Of a DNA stretch of 38,294 nt, positions 1-7,768 are shown piece by piece. The notes beneath the pieces were generated by a model. The model did not search any database, was not told where the DNA came from, and saw nothing but the letters and a program-made list of their open reading frames with translations. A program made the translations under genes and the position numbers. Each line of letters begins with the position of its first letter. The stretch's first letter is position 1. This DNA is from a virus (Duplodnaviria > Caudoviricetes), in IMG/VR virus record IMGVR_UViG_3300020269_000016, positions 1 to 38,294 of that record; one strand, given 5' to 3'.

Positions 1-2
1 AC

Positions 3-1151
3 GTACGGCCAGTGTGGTCAAGAACCAGAAAGTGGGAACGTATCATCAAGATCAACAAGAACGAGTATCTTATCAACGATGGTACGTTTGATGTTATCAC
101 TAATATCTTTGGTAATTGGGATATGCGTCTAAACGATGGGATCAGTGAATCACACAAAGACTACTACGTACCGTACAAACCTAGTGCTACTCTAATGAGA
201 GAATATTCGGCTATCATATGGAAGAGAGACAAGGAGGGTAATGAGTACATCAGAGTACGTAATGGTTGTGGTCAAGGCGCGCACACTCAACGTTATACAT
301 TTCTTGAGAACACGTTACCAGACACTCTACAATTCTTGGTTATGAACGGTAAGCAGTATGTGTGTCGTACGGCAAGACAGCGAAGGCCAAGCAGTTTTTA
401 TGACTTGTATCGTAACTGGTCGGCAATACCAAAAGACACTTTACACTTTTTGCCCAAGAGTAGCTATGATCCTAGAATGGATCACAAATACTACCCCAAT
501 GATCCAAACACAGATAACACTCGAAGATACTATTCTATTAGTGGTACAAGAAAAACAGATGACCGTATGTATCTATGGTTCAAGAGAGTAGATGGTAACT
601 TGAAAGAGAACCATGCTAGTGGTTGGGAATTATGTGGTGACCAATACGATTTTAAACCTGCACGTAAGCTAGTGCTGAAGAAACGTAAGGCCAGACTAAA
701 ACCTACCATTGAGAAGTTTTATCAGTATATCATGGCAATGTATCCTTTGATGACAGATATCATCAACGAGCATGGTCGCACAAATTCTCAATCTTATCAC
801 GATAACAATGATAAACTCAATCAACACTACTTTGATTGGATGAAAGAGATTGAGGGCAAAAACTGGGTCAAGTACAAAGACAGACACAACATGGGTTATT
901 CGTGGTGGCGATGGGATGACAAAGAGGCTTTTGTCGAAGATGTATTGAAAGCTGATGAACACCCTGCTCTACCATGTATTGCTAGGTACTTTGTCATACA
1001 GAGTGATCTAAGGTTCACCAATGCAAAACACAATGACTATGGACGTATTGAAATTTGTCCAAAGAGAGTGCGCTCACAGTACAACACGTTTATGAATACA
1101 ATTCTCAATCTGACTAGAACAACTGGTCATAGTAGGGTGGTGAAGAGATGA
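3..1151 (+). CDS. Hypothetical phage early protein (5'-truncated by window edge)
   Basis: Frame is open from the window start (GTA CGG CCA GTG...). At least 379 aa. Stop overlaps the next ATG (ATGA). No recognisable motif. Confidence 0.8.
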   Translation, partial: VRPVWSRTRKWERIIKINKNEYLINDGTFDVITNIFGNWDMRLNDGISESHKDYYVPYKPSATLMREYSAIIWKRDKEGNEYIRVRNGCGQGAHTQRYTFLENTLPDTLQFLVMNGKQYVCRTARQRRPSSFYDLYRNWSAIPKDTLHFLPKSSYDPRMDHKYYPNDPNTDNTRRYYSISGTRKTDDRMYLWFKRVDGNLKENHASGWELCGDQYDFKPARKLVLKKRKARLKPTIEKFYQYIMAMYPLMTDIINEHGRTNSQSYHDNNDKLNQHYFDWMKEIEGKNWVKYKDRHNMGYSWWRWDDKEAFVEDVLKADEHPALPCIARYFVIQSDLRFTNAKHNDYGRIEICPKRVRSQYNTFMNTILNLTRTTGHSRVVKR

Positions 1152-1471
1152 GTATCCAAGACGAGTTCAAACTTAAACCTATACGCAGGGCATCTTATAG
1201 CCCCAACATCAGAAACATTACCAAAACGAGTAAAGGTGTGGTAGTCAACAAGGCTACCACCCGTAATGATCTGAGCAAGAGAGATAAACATCTGGCAACT
1301 GTTGGCAAGAGAAAGGAGAAAGCCGACAGACTACTAAAGATACGTGAAGACGTTATGACGTGGACAGTACGTGAAGTGTTCGAGTATCTAAACCAACAAC
1401 AACACAAGCAATCTTTGACGGTTGCCAATATCGTAAACAATATATGTAAACTAAAGATGGAGGACGAGTAG
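1148..1471 (+). CDS. Hypothetical basic protein
   Basis: 107-aa ORF, coupled by ATGA to the upstream gene and by TAG/GTG overlap to the downstream gene. Confidence 0.75.
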   Translation: MSIQDEFKLKPIRRASYSPNIRNITKTSKGVVVNKATTRNDLSKRDKHLATVGKRKEKADRLLKIREDVMTWTVREVFEYLNQQQHKQSLTVANIVNNICKLKMEDE

Positions 1472-1974
1472 TGGGATATAGAAGCGACTTAATTATTACA
1501 CACGCATTTACGAGTGAGGAGCAAATGAAAGAGGTGCTAGCATCTTTTTGCGTGGACAAAAGATTTGCGGAGTATGATATTGTAAATGTCATGCACGTAG
1601 GTAAAGAATGCACAAGTGACAACAAATGGACTTTCTTTGTAATGTTCAAGATAGAGTCATGGAAGTGGTACGAAGACAGTATAATTGACTTGGCTTATGC
1701 CGATGTCGCTTGCGTCAACCATTTCCTAACTTTGTGCAAACAATTCAATGAGCAACGAGGCTTTCCTTTTGGTTACAAGTTTTTCCGTGTTGGCGAAGAC
1801 TATGAGGACATAGAAGAACGAGAGGACAGTTCCAAATGCCAAGAGGGTGAAAGGTTAGAGGACTTTCTAGCAAGCAACGTGTTTGTGTCCAGAGCCATTG
1901 ACCACACTCTTCACAACCTCAAAACATTAAAGGAGTATTCACGTGAAACACTATCACAAGAAAGCACTGTATAA
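1471..1974 (+). CDS. Hypothetical phage protein
   Basis: 167 aa, GTG start with GGAGG upstream. Contains the segments 'WKWY' and 'FFRVGEDYEDIEE'. Function unknown. Confidence 0.8.
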   Translation: MGYRSDLIITHAFTSEEQMKEVLASFCVDKRFAEYDIVNVMHVGKECTSDNKWTFFVMFKIESWKWYEDSIIDLAYADVACVNHFLTLCKQFNEQRGFPFGYKFFRVGEDYEDIEEREDSSKCQEGERLEDFLASNVFVSRAIDHTLHNLKTLKEYSRETLSQESTV

Positions 1975-2140
1975 CGTGTTACAGTATATTACTGAGAATG
2001 GGGACGAGACTAGTCACGTCTGTAAAAACCCTTGGGAGTGCGATCACATAAGTCACGATGTACATACATTGCAGGACTTATTGGACAACCCCCAGAACAT
2101 CGAAGAAACTCTAACTTTTATAAGAAAGGAAGGCCTATAA
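1943..2140 (+). CDS. Small hypothetical protein
   Basis: 65 aa, AAGGAG upstream of a GTG start. TAATG coupling to the next gene. Confidence 0.65.
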   Translation: MKHYHKKALYNVLQYITENGDETSHVCKNPWECDHISHDVHTLQDLLDNPQNIEETLTFIRKEGL

Positions 2141-3096
2141 TGGTAGAAAAAATGACAACAGAGTTTTGTAGCAACAACTACAGAAAAGAACCAGTAAACA
2201 AACTTCAAAAGTTGAAAGAGGATGTAGGACACGTTGCTAGCATCTCAACCACCGAGGGGGATATATCTGATGAGGATATATCTTACACTGTCAAAGAAAT
2301 AATGCTTTGCAAACTTGCGGTTGAGATTTCTAGAAAGATGCGTGGTATCCAGTTTACATGGAAGAATAGAGGTAACAACAATCCTATGCTTTGGTGTTAC
2401 TATGATGACATGGCTTTTACAATGGGGTTCATTGGTTATGGCGACTTCAATACTCACGTTGCCTCTGAAGAACCAGAGTATGTTGTTTATTCACACACAA
2501 TAGAAAACAACAAGTACGCATCCTACAGTGATCCGCATCGTATGGTAAAAACTATTCATATGAACAAAGCGGTAAAGAATGCTTGTAGATACTTACGCAA
2601 TGGCACACCATATGATGTAGCTATGATTGAAGTATACAGAGCCAAGAGAAACTTTGACGATATAGGTAGTAAGTTATTTAGTACGAAGAGTAATGTCTTC
2701 AATAACTTGTTTACACATGAAAAGATGTTTCTTGAGTTTAAACATCTCCTCGAACAAGGACACACTTTTGTTGATCCAAAGAACCAAGCCTTGGCAGAAG
2801 ATTTTGTCAAGGTAGCCCAAGAGGAAAAGGAACGTCAAAAGCTAGAACTTAACTTATATCATGTTAGGGTGTATATGGATGGTGACGTGCAAATGTTTGA
2901 TGTCATCCCTATGCATGACGTACAGAGAGACCCTTGGAACTCTATGTTGCCTGACAGTATGAAGACGTACACAAGTGACACGTTACCAGAGGATATCATG
3001 GGCAAAGTTTCTGTTATGTCTATGGTGGACGAAGAAAGCTATGTCGATGGTGTTGGGTACAAAGATAGAGGTGGTAACTTTTATGTATCACAATAG
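2140..3096 (+). CDS. Hypothetical phage protein
   Basis: Start re-called to ATG 2140 (TAATG overlap, AAGGAAGG RBS) rather than TTG 2032. About 318 aa. C-terminus 'LPEDIMGKVSVMSM...GVG' resembles the next ORF. Confidence 0.8.
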   Translation: MVEKMTTEFCSNNYRKEPVNKLQKLKEDVGHVASISTTEGDISDEDISYTVKEIMLCKLAVEISRKMRGIQFTWKNRGNNNPMLWCYYDDMAFTMGFIGYGDFNTHVASEEPEYVVYSHTIENNKYASYSDPHRMVKTIHMNKAVKNACRYLRNGTPYDVAMIEVYRAKRNFDDIGSKLFSTKSNVFNNLFTHEKMFLEFKHLLEQGHTFVDPKNQALAEDFVKVAQEEKERQKLELNLYHVRVYMDGDVQMFDVIPMHDVQRDPWNSMLPDSMKTYTSDTLPEDIMGKVSVMSMVDEESYVDGVGYKDRGGNFYVSQ

Positions 3097-3334
3097 TCCA
3101 CCAGAGGGTGTAGTATATCACGTTAGCATACCTAAAGATAGAAAATACATTAATGTGATATGTATTGGTATGGAATGTGTTGACAACACATTAAAAGGGT
3201 GTTACCACTGTTTGAACGACCTGCCCAGTTGGGTTCAAGGTAAGATTGCGATCTTGACTTTGTGCGAAGATGGGCAGGATGTGAGAAAAGTGGGAAAGAG
3301 GATAAACGACATGACATTCTGGATTTACGGCTAG
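3083..3334 (+). CDS. Hypothetical phage protein
   Basis: ATG 3083 with GAGGTGG upstream, 83 aa. 'LPSWVQGKIAILTL...VGKR' parallels the C-terminus of the preceding protein. Confidence 0.7.
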   Translation: MYHNSPPEGVVYHVSIPKDRKYINVICIGMECVDNTLKGCYHCLNDLPSWVQGKIAILTLCEDGQDVRKVGKRINDMTFWIYG

Positions 3335-3346
3335 CTACCGACTGAC

Positions 3347-3375
3347 GACCCACTTGGCTACGGCTGAGTGGGTTT
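3347..3375 (+). terminator. Stable stem-loop with C(UACG)G tetraloop; possible terminator or processing site
   Basis: ACCCACTTGGC-TACG-GCTGAGTGGGT is an 11-bp stem with two G-U pairs. Only a short U run follows. Confidence 0.5.
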
Positions 3376-3407
3376 GATGCCAGTTCTTGTGTCTGATGGG
3401 AGGATAA

Positions 3408-3551
3408 ATGCAAGAAATACCTGCGGATTTAGTAGTTTTTATGAGAGAGTATGGTATACTAGAAGAGGCTTTACCTAAAGAAGAAATTAGTGATAAGCTA
3501 GAATATGAGGTTTGGTTACCCAAACACGTTGACGAGGAAGTACCATTTTAA
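3408..3551 (+). CDS. 47-aa acidic micro-protein ending ...DEEVPF (not in ORF track)
   Basis: GGGAGG RBS, ATG 3408, TAA 3549-3551. Translation MQEIPADLVVFMREYGILEEALPKEEISDKLEYEVWLPKHVDEEVPF. Confidence 0.7.
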   Translation: MQEIPADLVVFMREYGILEEALPKEEISDKLEYEVWLPKHVDEEVPF

Positions 3552-3565
3552 AAGGGAGAACAATT

Positions 3566-3910
3566 ATGGCTCAAAAACCAGAGGCTAAAGTTAAGAAAAA
3601 AGTTGTAGAGAAACTAAAAAACATGGGTGCATACTACTTTTACCCAGTTACTGGAGGGTATGGTGGTAGCGGTGTGCCAGATATAATAGCTTGTTATGAG
3701 GGATATTTTGTTGGGATTGAATGTAAAGCTGGAAACAATAAACCAACCCCTTTACAACAAAAAAACTTAAGAGACATAAGCAAATGTGGTGGTCTATCAA
3801 TGGTAGTAAATGAGAGCAATGTGCATACCATTGTAGATGAGATTATAGGTTTCTGTGCAGGTAACAAATTATCAGTAGATTATGAAAACATTTATAAACA
3901 AATGCAGTAG
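3566..3910 (+). CDS. VRR-NUC domain nuclease (Holliday junction resolvase-like)
   Basis: PD-(D/E)XK pattern: 'PEAKVK', 'GVPDII', 'GIECKAG...PTPLQ'. AGGGAG RBS. Confidence 0.88.
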   Translation: MAQKPEAKVKKKVVEKLKNMGAYYFYPVTGGYGGSGVPDIIACYEGYFVGIECKAGNNKPTPLQQKNLRDISKCGGLSMVVNESNVHTIVDEIIGFCAGNKLSVDYENIYKQMQ

Positions 3911-3920
3911 CAACGAGTTA

Positions 3921-4110
3921 CAACGAACACATTTAGTGTTGTTTAGTGTTCGTTGGGAGGATAAGCAATGAGAGTCCTTGGTCATAAAATATCCATTGCA
4001 ACAAGGGGCAAATTTTTTGGTAGTGGTCTACTCCATGACCTCCTTTCTTTTGTTGACCTTGTCGTAGAAAGTACGAGACACTTAGACCCTCCTTGTTGGT
4101 GCAAGGGGGG
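3921..4110 (+). ncRNA. Candidate structured RNA (several hairpins plus an anti-SD tract); overlaps a possible 50-aa ORF at 3968-4120
   Basis: Perfect 10-bp stem 3921-3930/3946-3955. GGTCAT/ATGACC 3980-3985/4035-4040. TCGTA/TACGA 4062-4076. CCCTCCTTG/CAAGGGGGG 4087-4110. Confidence 0.35.
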
Positions 4111-4116
4111 CAACTT

Positions 4117-4320
4117 ATGATTTCGGATGATGAAATAGAAGAGGCTTTAGAGCTACAACTTGCTGAAGAATTTGAGATGTATAAAACACGTCATAAAAAG
4201 ATGGGTGCGCAATCTTGTGAGGGCATAGACGATTCATGGTTAAAAAGGTTAGATTCATTGGAATTTTTTGATGGGTTTGGTTTTATTAAAAATTGGTTAG
4301 AAGATAAGAGAGATTTTTAA
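4117..4320 (+). CDS. Small acidic hypothetical protein
   Basis: Start re-called to ATG 4117 with a G-rich RBS. 67 aa. Abuts the next gene. Confidence 0.65.
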   Translation: MISDDEIEEALELQLAEEFEMYKTRHKKMGAQSCEGIDDSWLKRLDSLEFFDGFGFIKNWLEDKRDF

Positions 4321-4321
4321 A

Positions 4322-4597
4322 ATGGGAAAAAGTAGAGACGACATATTGCAAGAAGCAATGAGCCTTATAAATGGAGATAGAGCCAAGGACTATGGAGATG
4401 CTTATGTTAATCATGAACGTATCGCTAGATTGTGGAGTGTCATCCTTGAGAGAGATATTACAGCCTCACAAGTTATTATGTGTATGGTAGCTATGAAGTT
4501 GGCTAGACTAATCCATTCGGATAAAGATGATTCGTGGGTGGATATATGTGGTTATGGAGCATTAGGAGGAGAGTTTTATGATAAGTCAAATAGTTAG
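4322..4597 (+). CDS. DUF6378-like phage protein
   Basis: 'L.EA..LI.GDR..DYG', 'IA.LWS..L', 'MK.AR' and 'DSWVDI.GY.ALGGE' pattern typical of this phage family. Confidence 0.8.
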   Translation: MGKSRDDILQEAMSLINGDRAKDYGDAYVNHERIARLWSVILERDITASQVIMCMVAMKLARLIHSDKDDSWVDICGYGALGGEFYDKSNS

Positions 4598-4754
4598 ATG
4601 TCCTAGATGTGGACAAGAAACTAGTATGATACCCATACATGGACACTATCAATGTGCCATTTGTATGAGTGTAGTTGACGATTGCTGTAATGGCTTAACT
4701 TGTCAACAAATGCAAACCCCAAGCGAGGAGGAAATATATGAGAAAGAAGATTGA
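4578..4754 (+). CDS. 58-aa Cys-rich zinc-ribbon-like protein (not in ORF track)
   Basis: AGGAGG RBS. Translation MISQIVRCPRCGQETSMIPIHGHYQCAICMSVVDDCCNGLTC..., with CxxC...HGH..CxxC...CC. Confidence 0.75.
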   Translation: MISQIVRCPRCGQETSMIPIHGHYQCAICMSVVDDCCNGLTCQQMQTPSEEEIYEKED

Positions 4755-4863
4755 AGACTACGAGAAAGCATTTGGTGAGGGAACTAAATGGGATTTCGAT
4801 TATGGTAAACTCATTATTATAGCTTTATTAATTTATATAGCTTTCTTTAAAGAGTATATCTAA
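4738..4863 (+). CDS. 41-aa single-TM micro-protein (not in ORF track)
   Basis: GAGGAGG RBS. Translation MRKKIEDYEKAFGEGTKWDFDYGKLIIIALLIYIAFFKEYI. TAATG coupling to the polymerase gene. Confidence 0.65.
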   Translation: MRKKIEDYEKAFGEGTKWDFDYGKLIIIALLIYIAFFKEYI

Positions 4864-6683
4864 TGAACCTAATAACTTTAGACTTTGAGACCTTTTACGA
4901 TAAAAAGTATTCACTAAAAAAGGTGACAACTGAGGAGTACATACGTAGTCCTTATTTTGAAGTTATAGGTTTAGGTATAAAGTTAAACAATGAAGAGACC
5001 CAATGGGCAAGTGGCACACATGAACAAGTCAAGAGGTATTTACTTACCTTTCCCTGGGGATCTAGTGTCCTCAATGCACATAATACAATGTTCGATGGTG
5101 CAATTCTCCATTGGGTTTTTGGTATACAACCTAAACTATTTACCGATACATTATGTATGTCCAGAGCTTTACATGGGGTGGAGCAAAGCTCTAGCCTTGA
5201 AGCATTAGCCACACGATATGATATTGGTGTCAAAGGTAAAGAAATATTAAACACAGTTGGTAAACACAGAAAAGACTTTACACCAGAAGAACTGTCTAAG
5301 TTTGGTGACTACTGTATCAATGACGTAGATTTAACTTTTGAATTATTTAAAAGAATGGGAAGAAACTTTCCTAAAAAAGAACTTAAACTAATAGATACTA
5401 CACTACGTATGTTTATAAACCCTGTCCTAGATCTAGATCTCGATCTACTTGAGCAACATCTTAGTGAAACACGTCAACGTAAGGAAGCTTTGTTAGAGGG
5501 CCCGCAAACGAGTCGTGATGATCTATTAAGTAATCTAAAGTTTGCAGACTTACTAAAAAATTTAGGAGTAGAACCACCAACTAAAATAAGTCCTATAACT
5601 GGTAAAGAAACTTTGGCTTTGGCAAAAGCAGATGAAGAGTTTAAAAAACTATGTCAACACCCCGATGAAAAGGTAAGAGCATTAGTGAATGCAAGGCTTG
5701 GGGTTAAAAGCACATTAGAAGAAACAAGAACTCAAAGATTTATAGATATTAGTAAACGTGGACTATTGCCAGTACCCATAAGATATTACTCTGCTCATAC
5801 TGGTAGGTGGGGCGGTGACGATAAGATTAACTTACAAAACTTACCAAGTCGTGGAGCAGATGGCAAAAAATTAAAACGTGGTATCATTGCTCCAGAGGGG
5901 CATATGTTAGTAGAGGCAGATTCATCACAAATAGAAGCGCGGGTACTTTCTTGGCTAGCAGAAGAAAACGAGTTAACACAAGCATTTAGAAATGGTGATG
6001 ACGTATATAAAAAGATGGCATCTGTTATATATGGTATAGATGAAGACAAGATAAGTAAGGATGAACGCTTTGTAGGTAAAACTACTATATTGGGCGCAGG
6101 GTATGGTATGGGTGCAATTAAATTTCAGAACCAACTAAAACAATTTGATTTTGATATGCAGATTGATGAGGCTAGGCGTGTGATTAAAGTTTATAGAGAT
6201 ACCTATTGGCGTATAAATAAACTGTGGCGTTGCGCACAACATTACTTACAAAGTGCTTATAATAAAGAAGACAAACCTTTTGGACTGCACGGTGTACTAA
6301 AAGTAGAACAAGGTAAGATAAGATTACCCTCTGGACTACATCTACATTATGATGGATTGACAGCAACAAAAACAGATATGGGTTTTGAGTACAGCTACAA
6401 AACACGTAAAGGTATGACACGTATATATGGCGGAAAGATTATAGAGAACGTATGCCAAGCCATAGCACGTTGTATAATTGGAGAACAAATGTTAGAAATA
6501 GCTAAGAAATATAGAGTAGTGTTAACTGTTCACGATAGTATTGTTTGTTGTGTGCCAGAAGAACAAGTAGAAGAAGCACAAAAATATGTAGAACAATGTA
6601 TGCGATGGACACCCACATGGGCAGGAGGACTACCAGTGGATTGTGAATCTGGAATAGGAAAATCATATGGAGATTGCGAGTGA
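4863..6683 (+). CDS. polA: DNA polymerase family A with 3'-5' exonuclease (Leu762 type)
   Basis: ExoI 'LDFETF', ExoII 'AHNTMFD', ExoIII 'YCINDV'. 'HTGRWGG...NLQNLP'. Motif A 'ADSSQIEAR', motif B 'RFVGKTTILGAGYG', motif C 'VHDS'. Confidence 0.97.
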   Translation: MNLITLDFETFYDKKYSLKKVTTEEYIRSPYFEVIGLGIKLNNEETQWASGTHEQVKRYLLTFPWGSSVLNAHNTMFDGAILHWVFGIQPKLFTDTLCMSRALHGVEQSSSLEALATRYDIGVKGKEILNTVGKHRKDFTPEELSKFGDYCINDVDLTFELFKRMGRNFPKKELKLIDTTLRMFINPVLDLDLDLLEQHLSETRQRKEALLEGPQTSRDDLLSNLKFADLLKNLGVEPPTKISPITGKETLALAKADEEFKKLCQHPDEKVRALVNARLGVKSTLEETRTQRFIDISKRGLLPVPIRYYSAHTGRWGGDDKINLQNLPSRGADGKKLKRGIIAPEGHMLVEADSSQIEARVLSWLAEENELTQAFRNGDDVYKKMASVIYGIDEDKISKDERFVGKTTILGAGYGMGAIKFQNQLKQFDFDMQIDEARRVIKVYRDTYWRINKLWRCAQHYLQSAYNKEDKPFGLHGVLKVEQGKIRLPSGLHLHYDGLTATKTDMGFEYSYKTRKGMTRIYGGKIIENVCQAIARCIIGEQMLEIAKKYRVVLTVHDSIVCCVPEEQVEEAQKYVEQCMRWTPTWAGGLPVDCESGIGKSYGDCE

Positions 6684-7348
6684 GTGTAACCCCTTGGTCA
6701 TTTAGTAGATTAAAAGCATTTGAACAATGCCCCAAACAATTTTTTCATCTAAAGATAGCAAAAGATTATAAAGAAAGAGTATCAGAAGCAATGCGATATG
6801 GTACAGAAGCCCACCGTGTAGCTGAATATTTTATACGAGATGGATCACCTATACCACCAAAGTTTTCGTATATGCAAAAAGTATTAAATGCTCTGAATAA
6901 TAAGCAAGGTATCAAGTTTACAGAAATGAGGTTAGGCCTGACAGTAGATCTAAAGCCTTGTAAGTTTGGTTCTCAAGACGCTTGGTGGCGTGGTATTGTA
7001 GACTTAGTTATTATAAGAGATGATAAGGCATGGATAATAGATTACAAAACAGGGAAGAACCCTCAGAATGCAGACACAGGACAACTGGAACTTATGGCTC
7101 TTGCTGTATTTGAATATTTTCCCGAGGTAGATAAAATTCATGCGGGTCTTTTGTTTACAGTCAAAAAAATATTTATTAAAGAAAGTTACAAAAGAGAAGA
7201 AATTAGTGTATTATGGGAAAAGTGGAGAAGTAGACATAACAGAATGAAAGTGGCATTGCATACTAATACATGGAATCCACATCCAAGTGGTTTATGCTAT
7301 CGTCACTGCCCTGTAGTAGAATGTGTTTACAATGGAGCAAATAAATAA
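6680..7348 (+). CDS. PD-(D/E)XK exonuclease, Cas4/RecB-like, probably Fe-S
   Basis: GTGA overlap start. 'WSFSRLKAFEQCP', 'GIVDL...IIDYKTG', 'QL..MA', and C-terminal C-x3-C-x4-C. Confidence 0.9.
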   Translation: MSVTPWSFSRLKAFEQCPKQFFHLKIAKDYKERVSEAMRYGTEAHRVAEYFIRDGSPIPPKFSYMQKVLNALNNKQGIKFTEMRLGLTVDLKPCKFGSQDAWWRGIVDLVIIRDDKAWIIDYKTGKNPQNADTGQLELMALAVFEYFPEVDKIHAGLLFTVKKIFIKESYKREEISVLWEKWRSRHNRMKVALHTNTWNPHPSGLCYRHCPVVECVYNGANK

Positions 7349-7509
7349 TGTTGGTAGAATTGGACGAAAAACAAATACAATTAATATTACAAACTCTGAA
7401 TTTTAAATTGGATCAGAAGATACCAATGCCAGAAGAAGACATAGCAGAGTTAGATAAAGTGCAAGTAAAATTATATGAAACAGTACAAAGACATAATAGG
7501 AGATACTGA
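7348..7509 (+). CDS. 53-aa hypothetical protein (not in ORF track)
   Basis: TAATG and TGATG coupling at both ends, GGAG RBS. Translation MLVELDEKQIQLILQTLNFK...RRY. Confidence 0.7.
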   Translation: MLVELDEKQIQLILQTLNFKLDQKIPMPEEDIAELDKVQVKLYETVQRHNRRY

Positions 7510-7757
7510 TGCCCTATACTAAGTCACCGAGACCTTATAAAAAAGAATATAAAAAACAGAAAGCCAGAGGAGAACATTCTGATAGAATGGAAAGGCAGAG
7601 GGCAAGACGTGCATATGATAAAAAAGGTATAAGCCGTAAGGGTAAGGATGTATCACACAAAAAAATGTTAAGTCGAGGAGGTTCTAATAAAGATGGTACT
7701 ATTTTAGAAAGTCCATCTAAGAACAGGAGTAGGAACGGCAAAAAAGCCAAAAAATAA
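7509..7757 (+). CDS. Small basic HNH-like protein
   Basis: 'GKDVSHKK.LSRGG.N......S.SKNRS.N' fits a minimal HNH beta-beta-alpha motif after a basic N-terminus. Confidence 0.7.
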   Translation: MPYTKSPRPYKKEYKKQKARGEHSDRMERQRARRAYDKKGISRKGKDVSHKKMLSRGGSNKDGTILESPSKNRSRNGKKAKK

Positions 7758-7768
7758 GGGAGAATAAT

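Noticed and set aside
2032-2139. Longer N-termini in the ORF track (2032, 2975, 4093, 6674, 14288, 34764).
   Set aside because: Downstream starts have better RBSs or stop-start coupling. The 14288 extension would run through a terminator.
6680-7348. Cas4-like nuclease as evidence of a CRISPR system.
   Set aside because: There are no repeat-spacer arrays or other cas genes. Solo Cas4/RecB-like nucleases are routine in phage replication modules.
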